The position numbers were made by a program, and so were the translations under genes. The notes beneath the pieces are model-generated. The model saw only the letters and a list, made by a program, of their open reading frames with translations, was not told the DNA's origin and made no database searches. DNA of 64,000 nucleotides, taken from Gammaproteobacteria bacterium. GTDB taxonomy: Bacteria; Pseudomonadota; Gammaproteobacteria; Eutrophobiales; Eutrophobiaceae. Positions 56,791 through 64,000 of the stretch are shown piece after piece; position 1 is the first letter of the stretch; each line of letters begins with the position of its first letter. The stretch covers positions 1,408,001-1,472,000 of the forward strand of contig OZ220696.1 in the NCBI GenBank assembly GCA_965116495.1, written 5' to 3'.

Positions 56791-58368
56791 TTAATCTGCG
56801 GCATCTGCGGATTTTTTCATGAACAAATTCACGTCATGGGGATTGACAAGGTCTGCCACTGTCCAGCCGTTAACGTCGTATTCGTCCATGCACTGCTGGG
56901 CAAAGTCCTTGAGTTGCTTGTCCAGGCCGGTGCCCTGCGCATTCCATAGCGCCTCAATCCGGATGTTTTCGTTATTGCCGGAGTAATTGCGCTCATACAG
57001 TTCATGGCGGCCGCCGAATTCGGTGCCTATGGCATCCCACAACAGGCGCATGGTCTTGACCCTGTCTTCCGCGTCGTGGCCGTATGAACCGCGCAGGTAT
57101 TTATCCAGGTAACCTTTCAATTCCGGCACATTAAAATCCGAAGCATGGGAGTTCAGGTAAATCAGGCCGCTGGCGACCATGTTCTCGATCAACTCTTTCG
57201 CCCGGGGGTAGGCCATGGTCATCAGCACCCGGTACACATGGCCGGCGTGGCCGTTCGGTACTTTCGCCCCCTTGAAATCGTCGGGCATGCCACACATGGC
57301 GTCCGATAACGCCCAGAACAGGTGCCGCCAGACGATCATTTCACCGATTGCCACCTGCACGCCGCGAAAATCCTTGGTGCCGGTGATCTCCAGGGCTTTC
57401 ATGAATAAGCCAGTGATAAAATCAAACTTGACTGCGAGACGGGTGCAACCGTGAAAGGCAAACGTGTAGGCCCAGCCGGATGTGCCCAAGAAAGTGCTGG
57501 CCGCGTCCAGGTCCTCGTAGATAAAGATATCCTCCCAGCGCATCAGGGCATTGTCCAGTATCAATATCGCGTCGTTTTCATCCAGCCGGCTTGACAGCGG
57601 GTTATCGAACGGACTGCCCATTACTTCCGCGGCATACGAATAAGAAGGACGGCACAGCAGCTTGACACCGGGGGTGTTCATTTTCAACATGCCGCTGATG
57701 GCAAAGCGTTTATCCTTCACGGGTATCGGCCCGTACTGGCCGAGGAAATTGTAATGGGTCAATGCCGACCCGGTAGCCACCACCTTGGCGCCGGAGATAA
57801 TAATGCCTTCGTCGGTTTCCCTGACGCAGTGCATATAAACGTCTTCTATCTCCTCGTGGGATTTATTGCGGTCTACCGGGGGATTGACCAGGGCATGATT
57901 CAGGAAAGGCACGCGTTCCTGGGCATTCCTGTACCAGCTCCGGGCGTTGCCGGCATAATCACCGAAGTACTCCGGGTTAAACCCCAGGGTCAGCATAAGG
58001 CTGGCCTTGTAGTCAGGGGTACGTCCCATCCAGCCATAGGTCAGGCGCGCCCATTGGGCAATCGCTTCACGTTGCGCAATCACGTCCTCACGCGTGCGCG
58101 CCACCTTGAAATAGGGGTGGGTAAAACCGCCGTTGCCGGTATCCGTAGCGGTGCGCAGGTGCGGGTATTCCTTCTCGTTATGCAACGCGTTATACAGCCG
58201 CGCCATCATCCTGGCAGGATTGCGAAACGCTGGATGCTCCGTTACGTCTTTCACGCGCTCGCCGTAGATCCAGATTTCCCGGTCGTCTTTCAGGTCCGCC
58301 AGAAATTCATCGCCGGTATACGGACGAACATTGTTTTCCATATCTTCTTTCTCGGGCATGCCACTCAT
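56791..58368 (-). CDS. Two-component flavin-dependent phenolic hydroxylase, oxygenase subunit (HpaB/PheA1/PvcC family)
   Basis: GERVKDVTEHPAF, GWMGRTPDY, NHALVNPPVDR, SGAKVVAT, PLSSRLDENDA, EFGGRHELYE. Confidence 0.92.
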   Translation of the reverse strand: MSGMPEKEDMENNVRPYTGDEFLADLKDDREIWIYGERVKDVTEHPAFRNPARMMARLYNALHNEKEYPHLRTATDTGNGGFTHPYFKVARTREDVIAQREAIAQWARLTYGWMGRTPDYKASLMLTLGFNPEYFGDYAGNARSWYRNAQERVPFLNHALVNPPVDRNKSHEEIEDVYMHCVRETDEGIIISGAKVVATGSALTHYNFLGQYGPIPVKDKRFAISGMLKMNTPGVKLLCRPSYSYAAEVMGSPFDNPLSSRLDENDAILILDNALMRWEDIFIYEDLDAASTFLGTSGWAYTFAFHGCTRLAVKFDFITGLFMKALEITGTKDFRGVQVAIGEMIVWRHLFWALSDAMCGMPDDFKGAKVPNGHAGHVYRVLMTMAYPRAKELIENMVASGLIYLNSHASDFNVPELKGYLDKYLRGSYGHDAEDRVKTMRLLWDAIGTEFGGRHELYERNYSGNNENIRIEALWNAQGTGLDKQLKDFAQQCMDEYDVNGWTVADLVNPHDVNLFMKKSADAAD

Positions 58369-58395
58369 ATCAATCTCTTTAATAAAATATTTTTG

Positions 58396-58570
58396 TCCGC
58401 AGATGACGCAGATGAACGCAGATTAAAATAAAGATAAGAAACTGTAGATAGAAACTAAAGACTCATAATCGGATAGATTATTTCAGTTACTATAAAGACT
58501 TGTTTTTATCTGCGTTCATCTGCGTCATCTGCGGATATATTCTTACATACCGTCATCTGCGGACAAAAAA
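58396..58570. repeat. Miniature inverted-repeat element (cgcagat-type arms)
   Basis: Perfect 28-bp IR tccgcagatgacgcagatgaacgcagat (58396-58423) / 58508-58535 plus a partial extra arm. Confidence 0.82.
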
Positions 58571-58582
58571 CCTGCGGATAAA

Positions 58583-60817
58583 TCACTTCATCCGGGCCTT
58601 GTATTCTTCCGGACTTTCCGCGCTTTTGTATTTCTGCACCGCTATCTTCCTGTGCAGGATAACCGGTTGTTCCGAGACCGGCGGCGATGCTATATCTGCC
58701 GGGTAACAGCCCATGGTTTGCTTTTCCGGATCCATGTTCGTGCGTGTAGAGAACTGGCGTTTGTTGGTTCGCTTTGCCGGGATGATATTGCCCTGCTCGT
58801 CCGAATCCAGGTCCCACCACCATTTCTTTACCGGGTTGATCAGACCGTTACCCACCTTGTCGTCCAGCCTGGCGATCCACTTCCGGGTGAACGGCAGGTT
58901 CATGGCCGCCCACAGGAATGGTCTCTCGGACAGTACCCCTTCAATATTCCATGGACAGGTTTTCATGCAACGGCCGCACAACGCTCCGGCAGAATTGGTG
59001 ATGCGGTAGCGGGCACACTTTTCCACGTCCGGCTTCCACATTTCATAGCCGTTGAACATGATTTTGTTACCGTAGGGGATCGCCTGACACGGGCATTCCC
59101 TGGCGCACTTGGTGCATTTCTCACAGAAATCCTGCAAACCGAAATCTATGGGTTTATCCGGCAGCAACGGCAGGTCGGTCGTGATGATGCCCGATTTGAA
59201 ACGCGGCCCGACGTAGGGGTTTAACACCAGTTCACCAATCCGGCTCAACTCGCCCAGACCGGCTTCCAGTATAATCGGTATATGCAGTACGTCCTGGTCC
59301 ATCACGCTGTGGCCGCGGGCAGAATAACCCAGGGAACGGATATGCGCGCCGACAACACCCCCAATCAATTGCGCGCGCAAGTAGGCGCGCATACTCTGTG
59401 CGCCGCTGATCCAGTCATCCCCGCTGGCCCCTTCCATGGTCTCGTACCCCTGGTCCACCAGGATTGCGATCCCGTATTTGTGGTACGGCTTTATCTCCGA
59501 ACCATCCGTATCATGGGAGTACCATACATATTCGGGCAACTGACAGATTCCCACCATGTCCGCACCCATGTAATACAAAGCCGCCTTAATCGCTTCTGCG
59601 TTTTTCTTCGGGTCGTCTGTCCCCGGTGCGATTTCATCCGCCTCTTTGCCATATTGCAGCGGGACCATGGCGCCCAGGGGCGGTATCATGGCGTGGCCGT
59701 ATGGCGACTTGGTGATCATGCGAAAGTTTTCCAGTTCCTTTTGCGGCTTTTTCCCCAGGTCGCCCAGGGCAGCCCGGAGAAACATGTCATGCCGTTTCGG
59801 TATGCGCGGCACGTTTGGCTTGTCAATAAGAGTCGTGGTGGTTTCCTGCGGTTTTAGATTTTCCATTGGATAAGGCCCCAGGTGAAGCGGCCTGTTTTTG
59901 AATAACCTGCCCTTGTAACCGGGCCGCGCCCCGCCCAATCCCAACCACCAGCCCGGACCATGGGATTTCAGGGAATCCATAAACCCCCTGCCGGCCAGGG
60001 GTTCGTCAGCAGCAAGCTCCATGGTCGTAGAAACCACGGCCATGCCGAATTGATCGCCCAGGTAGGGATTGCTGACAGTACTGCTGCCGTTCCTGCCGTT
60101 AACCTCACCCAGACCGCTGCAAAGCAACAGGTAATCAAGAGCAACGTCGCTTGCCGTTGCCGTGTGCAATGTTGCTTCAAATCCCAGGAAACGGATGTAA
60201 TTCACCATGACCGCAGCCGCTTCGGCAACCCTGACTGCTGCCCGTTGCGCCTGGGTACCGACCAGCCAGGCTTCGCTATCAGTGCGGGGGTCCGGTTCCC
60301 TGGTGTACTCGACCAGTAACACCAGCGCAAAGCCGTGGTTGAACTCCTTTGCAGAGTCCTGCAGGGATCGCTGCCAGGCTTCCTGGCCTTCCCTGACGGT
60401 GGTCTCAGCCATTACGTTAGTCGCCGAGCCGGCCTGGTATTCCTTTTCCTGGGCCTGCGCCAGGGACTCATTGATGATGGGCTGCGCCAGTATCGCCTGT
60501 TCCGGAATGGCGCAGGTTGCTGCCATACTGACGTCGAGGTTATAGCAGCCGGCCTTCAGGTGGTCGGCCCGCTCCTGCGGGTCTGACGGAATGGGCGCCT
60601 GCTCAGGTACAGGCTCTCCCAGGCGCATGCGGTCGAACAGGTCGATATACTCGCGAAACGCTTCAGCCATGGATGCCGGGTTGGACGATTCAGTTGTATC
60701 CTCGGCACGATGTTTCCCGGAGGGCGAATATTCAGGTATTGAATCCTGCCGGGCAAGCCGTTCCAGTGGAAATGGGCCCAGGTGCATAGCCCGTTTTTTA
60801 TGGGAAAAGAGGCGCAT
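58583..60817 (-). CDS. rdhA: Catabolic cobalamin-dependent reductive dehalogenase (NpRdhA/BhbA-type, no fused reductase)
   Basis: Internally duplicated HLGPF/YPxE.L motifs, SGDDWISGAQSMRAY, AGLGELSRIGE..LNPYVGPRFKS, FCEKCTKCARECPC and CGRCMKTCPW (two [4Fe-4S]), KKWWWDL; no Tat signal. Confidence 0.9.
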   Translation of the reverse strand: MRLFSHKKRAMHLGPFPLERLARQDSIPEYSPSGKHRAEDTTESSNPASMAEAFREYIDLFDRMRLGEPVPEQAPIPSDPQERADHLKAGCYNLDVSMAATCAIPEQAILAQPIINESLAQAQEKEYQAGSATNVMAETTVREGQEAWQRSLQDSAKEFNHGFALVLLVEYTREPDPRTDSEAWLVGTQAQRAAVRVAEAAAVMVNYIRFLGFEATLHTATASDVALDYLLLCSGLGEVNGRNGSSTVSNPYLGDQFGMAVVSTTMELAADEPLAGRGFMDSLKSHGPGWWLGLGGARPGYKGRLFKNRPLHLGPYPMENLKPQETTTTLIDKPNVPRIPKRHDMFLRAALGDLGKKPQKELENFRMITKSPYGHAMIPPLGAMVPLQYGKEADEIAPGTDDPKKNAEAIKAALYYMGADMVGICQLPEYVWYSHDTDGSEIKPYHKYGIAILVDQGYETMEGASGDDWISGAQSMRAYLRAQLIGGVVGAHIRSLGYSARGHSVMDQDVLHIPIILEAGLGELSRIGELVLNPYVGPRFKSGIITTDLPLLPDKPIDFGLQDFCEKCTKCARECPCQAIPYGNKIMFNGYEMWKPDVEKCARYRITNSAGALCGRCMKTCPWNIEGVLSERPFLWAAMNLPFTRKWIARLDDKVGNGLINPVKKWWWDLDSDEQGNIIPAKRTNKRQFSTRTNMDPEKQTMGCYPADIASPPVSEQPVILHRKIAVQKYKSAESPEEYKARMK

Positions 60818-60887
60818 GTCAATTAATCCGCAGATGTATGTCAATAAACAGTCGGGATATATGGGGTCAGATCCGTCCCCTGATAAC

Positions 60888-61478
60888 TTATTTCCTCAAT
60901 CCAAGTTCGCTTAAATGGTCATGGACGAAATCAATCCTGTCGTTGCCCCAGAAGATCTGGTCGTCAATGACGAATGTCGGCACGCCGATGACGCCGGATT
61001 CCTGTGCCTCATGCCAGTTGTCTTCGAGGATCTTCTGCCTGGCCGGATCATTCAGTGATGCGCTGAACTCATCGGGGTCGAGGCCGCTCTGACGGGCGAT
61101 GTCCACCAGTGTATCGGGCTGGCCGATATCCACTCCCTGCCCCCATTCGGTATCCATCACATTGATAACATATTCCCGCAAACAGCCTTTCTCTTCTGCC
61201 AGCAGGGAGCCGATACCTGCCGGTGTCGGGTCTGTGGTAATGGGTGGGGGGATACAGGGAATATTCATCCGCTTTGCCCAGCGGGCCACGTCCTGGCGGG
61301 TAATGGGTATCTTGACCTTGGCCCGGTCCGGCGCCGAGCGCCCGTTCCACCCGGCCAGGGGCTTCCAAATGAAATTGACATGGTAGTCATCCACCAGGCT
61401 GAACATCGTCTTGCTGGCGAGATAACAATAGGGACTGCGGAAATTGAAGAAAAACTTTAGATCAACGTTCTGTATCAT
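60888..61478 (-). CDS. 2-hydroxychromene-2-carboxylate isomerase / kappa-class GST (DsbA fold)
   Basis: FFFNFRSPYCYLA, DVARWA, GVIGVPTFVIDDQIFWGNDR. Confidence 0.85.
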   Translation of the reverse strand: MIQNVDLKFFFNFRSPYCYLASKTMFSLVDDYHVNFIWKPLAGWNGRSAPDRAKVKIPITRQDVARWAKRMNIPCIPPPITTDPTPAGIGSLLAEEKGCLREYVINVMDTEWGQGVDIGQPDTLVDIARQSGLDPDEFSASLNDPARQKILEDNWHEAQESGVIGVPTFVIDDQIFWGNDRIDFVHDHLSELGLRK

Positions 61479-61494
61479 CGGATCGAAAATAACC

Positions 61495-61565
61495 GGGGAC
61501 AGGTTTAAATCTGTCCCCAATACACCTGGCGAAATATCCGGGGACAGATTTAAACCTGTCCCCGG
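61495..61565. repeat. Pair of REP-like palindromes
   Basis: ggggacaggtttaaatctgtcccc and ccggggacagatttaaacctgtccccgg, mutually inverted; same family as 45533-45558. Confidence 0.8.
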
Positions 61566-61576
61566 TAAACTCCATG

Positions 61577-62884
61577 CTATCTACCGCTCTTGCGCAGGTT
61601 CTGCACCGTGAACATCTGCGGCGGGTTCAACGTGGGATCAAGCTGTCCCTTGAACTGGCCGGTGGTGCAGTGTTTGGCCTGTACGTCATACATCATGAAG
61701 CAGTCGTCGATGGCGACGCCGGACCCCTTGTTCTTGGGCATGTGGTTGTCCGGGTAGGCCTGGCAGATGGAGAAGGATTTCCACAGGTCGCCCTTGCGAT
61801 CGAACTCAGCCTGGCGCGGAATGGTATAGGTCTGTGCGTCAATATACATCTCGCGGCGGCTTAACGGGTGGTTCGGATCCTTGGGTGTGCCATGCAGTTC
61901 ATAGACCTTGCGCAGTTCCCAGGTGGTCTTGGGGTAGCAACCATCCACGTCCACAAACTGGTAGCCGTCCGGTTCCGGCGGCATGTCGGTAGCCAGTTCC
62001 AGTTCATTATGGTTGTGGAACGGCAGGAAGGCGTTTTTGGCGCCGACAAATTTCCAGTTGTAGTCGGACACGCGGTTATTGTAGCCTTCAAAGTCTTCGA
62101 TCATGATATCCGTGCCCAGGAAAGCGTCCGTGGTCTGGCCGGTAGCGAGACGGCGTACACGCCGTTGAAAACCCAGGTACAACCAGGCGTCATCACGCTT
62201 CAGGTCATTCTTGTAGCGGTGAATGAGAAGCTGGGTGTTGGCGATATCGAACGGCTCCAAGGCCCGGACGTAAATCGACCGGAACAATTCAGCCGGATTG
62301 TCGGTAAATTCCGGGGTGGGTTCCTGGTTGACCCGGTGTTTCCAGTTCAGGAAGTGGAAGCTCCACTTGATGGTGCGCTCCAGCTTGCCGCTCTTGGCAT
62401 TCCTGAATTTCCAGTAAAACGGCGAGATGGCCGCGTTGTCACCCCAGTTATAGCCGTACTGGTAATTCCAGGCCATTTTCAGACCCGCCTGGGGATCATT
62501 GGGGTCCGGTTCCTTGGGGAAGGCCCGGCCGGCCACGAAATTGTCCACCAGGCCGTCAGCGCTGAGGCCGGGCGGGTTGTTCACCGCATCCATGGTGACC
62601 TTGATGTAGTTCGGGTGCAGCACCAGGGAATCCGTCTCCTTGGTCTGCAAGGACGTCTCACCGTTCTTGATGTGGTCGTACAGCGCCGGGTCAAGAATCT
62701 CCTTGAACTGCTCCACGTTGCCCTGGTCTATGACCATGCCGGGGGTGTAACCCGCGAACTCCGGCGTCCAGTTTTCATACGGATAAAACGAATTCCTTAC
62801 GTCATCCTCGGTGAAATCGGCCGAGACTGCCAGACTCAGGGCAACCAGCGGCATAACAGCAAGATACTTTACATACTTAAACAT
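61577..62884 (-). CDS. DUF1329 family periplasmic protein (paralogue 1)
   Basis: Signal peptide, AGRAFP...GLKMAWN, WLYLGFQRRVRRLATGQTTDAFLGTDIMIEDFEGYN. Confidence 0.87.
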   Translation of the reverse strand: MFKYVKYLAVMPLVALSLAVSADFTEDDVRNSFYPYENWTPEFAGYTPGMVIDQGNVEQFKEILDPALYDHIKNGETSLQTKETDSLVLHPNYIKVTMDAVNNPPGLSADGLVDNFVAGRAFPKEPDPNDPQAGLKMAWNYQYGYNWGDNAAISPFYWKFRNAKSGKLERTIKWSFHFLNWKHRVNQEPTPEFTDNPAELFRSIYVRALEPFDIANTQLLIHRYKNDLKRDDAWLYLGFQRRVRRLATGQTTDAFLGTDIMIEDFEGYNNRVSDYNWKFVGAKNAFLPFHNHNELELATDMPPEPDGYQFVDVDGCYPKTTWELRKVYELHGTPKDPNHPLSRREMYIDAQTYTIPRQAEFDRKGDLWKSFSICQAYPDNHMPKNKGSGVAIDDCFMMYDVQAKHCTTGQFKGQLDPTLNPPQMFTVQNLRKSGR

Positions 62885-62914
62885 GATGATTAAGCCTCCT
62901 TCCTGTAAATATTA

Positions 62915-64000
62915 TTAGAAGCGATAGCGGAGCAGAACTTGAAATTCATCTTCGTGCTGCGCCATGCCGAGGGGACCGGAACGGAAACGACCCAGTGGTT
63001 CGAAGCCTCTGCGGATTCCCAGGCTGGAAAATTCATTACCAGGAAGGCAAGGTGCGACACTGTCTGGCGGGGCGCATGCCGGGCCGGCGGTAAATGGCGG
63101 ATACGTATTAGATGTACGACCATCGTCAGCCACCCTGCGACCACTACCAAACTTGATATTGGCGCCGAAGATCAAACGCAGGTTATCGTTGATCAGGTAG
63201 TCTACGCCCGGGGCTATTACGGTTGCCTTGGCGCGGAAATCACGCGCCATAATGATGCGCGGCAGCACCCGGTCATTCCTGAAGAAACCCTGGAACAGGA
63301 AGGTGCCGATATAGCCGTTCTGCCAGTCCTGGAAACCTATCTGTTCCCCGGTCAGGGGATGACTGATTGATTTATGGTCAAGCAGGTGCTGACCGAATAT
63401 CTGCGCGGAGAGCAGGAAGGTCCGGTTCGGGTTCAGCCAGCGGATATAGGTGGGACGATCCCAGCCTATTACCCATCGTATCACGTCTGACTCGGAGTTC
63501 AGGTCAGATACCGAGGTATCGGCAAATTCCTCACCACTGGTATGAGCCATCTCCACCCGAAATGCAGATTTTAACGGATCAACGTAAAAGTCAGCCGAGC
63601 CACCTACCAGGGTGACACGCGGGAAATAAATATCAAATGCCGGCAGATAGGGTCTGGGTTTGTATGCGCCGCCCACTTCAGTCGGGTCAGGCACAATAGG
63701 ATGACCTACGCCAGGCGCCAGAAACGGATTCACTGCGGGTATCCCACCACGTAATGCCGGTAGTTGAGAGTAAAACGTCATGGCGTTGACGGAGAAACCC
63801 ACACTCCTGAACACGCCTTCAAGCCTCACACCGCCTTGGTCAAAATCCCAGCCAGGCATATGGACATCCCGGATGCCGATAGTATTGGCAGGGAAATCGG
63901 TAGACAGATTACCACCTGGGACCAGGCCGGTGGCAAAGTTACTGACGGTACAGCCATTATCCCAGCAGTTCTTCAAGGACCGGAACAGGTCACCGGCCAG
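62915..64000 (-). CDS. DUF1302-like outer-membrane beta-barrel protein (5' end outside window)
   Basis: Frame open to the window edge, amphipathic beta-strands, C-terminal ...QVLLRYRF, directly upstream of DUF1329. Confidence 0.75.
   Translation of the reverse strand: MAGDLFRSLKNCWDNGCTVSNFATGLVPGGNLSTDFPANTIGIRDVHMPGWDFDQGGVRLEGVFRSVGFSVNAMTFYSQLPALRGGIPAVNPFLAPGVGHPIVPDPTEVGGAYKPRPYLPAFDIYFPRVTLVGGSADFYVDPLKSAFRVEMAHTSGEEFADTSVSDLNSESDVIRWVIGWDRPTYIRWLNPNRTFLLSAQIFGQHLLDHKSISHPLTGEQIGFQDWQNGYIGTFLFQGFFRNDRVLPRIIMARDFRAKATVIAPGVDYLINDNLRLIFGANIKFGSGRRVADDGRTSNTYPPFTAGPACAPPDSVAPCLPGNEFSSLGIRRGFEPLGRFRSGPLGMAQHEDEFQVLLRYRF

Noticed and set aside
58583-60817. Respiratory reductive dehalogenase or epoxyqueuosine reductase QueG
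   Set aside because: No Tat signal and no rdhB anchor; the length, internal duplication and context fit the catabolic class, and it is far longer than QueG

Overview
Gammaproteobacterial-type chromosomal segment, judged from the guaAB/xseA/lipAB/yadGH/typA core genes, with a large accessory load. From left to right: (1) 0.6-11 kb, an N-heteroaromatic catabolic cluster with a PhzS-like flavin monooxygenase, two divergent three-subunit molybdenum hydroxylases, a NicX-like 2,5-dihydroxypyridine dioxygenase and a MoaD/ThiS protein. (2) A sorbosone-type dehydrogenase, a TonB-dependent receptor and a higBA pair whose toxin has a nonsense codon. (3) Core genes guaA-guaB / xseA / RelE-Xre TA / lipA-lipB / ABC-2 transporter. 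(4) 27-39.5 kb, a defence-island-like block in which two giant nucleic-acid enzymes (a 1366-aa Xre-HTH/nuclease-like protein and a 1726-aa DEDD-exonuclease-RecQ-UvrD fusion) each sit head-to-head with a TA module (AbiE, Xre-RES). (5) A Rieske oxygenase, sulfatases and a GMC oxidoreductase. (6) 47-64 kb, a mostly co-oriented catabolic run: DUF1302/DUF1329 uptake genes, kappa-GST/HCCA isomerase, a catabolic B12 reductive dehalogenase, an HpaB-type hydroxylase, a ferredoxin, an intradiol dioxygenase and the C5-dicarboxylyl-CoA enzymes Mct/Meh/Mcd, with typA wedged between mct and meh. Intergenic spaces carry at least five families of miniature inverted or tandem repeats, two of which reach into protein C-termini. 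I saw no rRNA, tRNA, CRISPR array, integrase or transposase. All family calls come from motif recognition by eye, not database searches.
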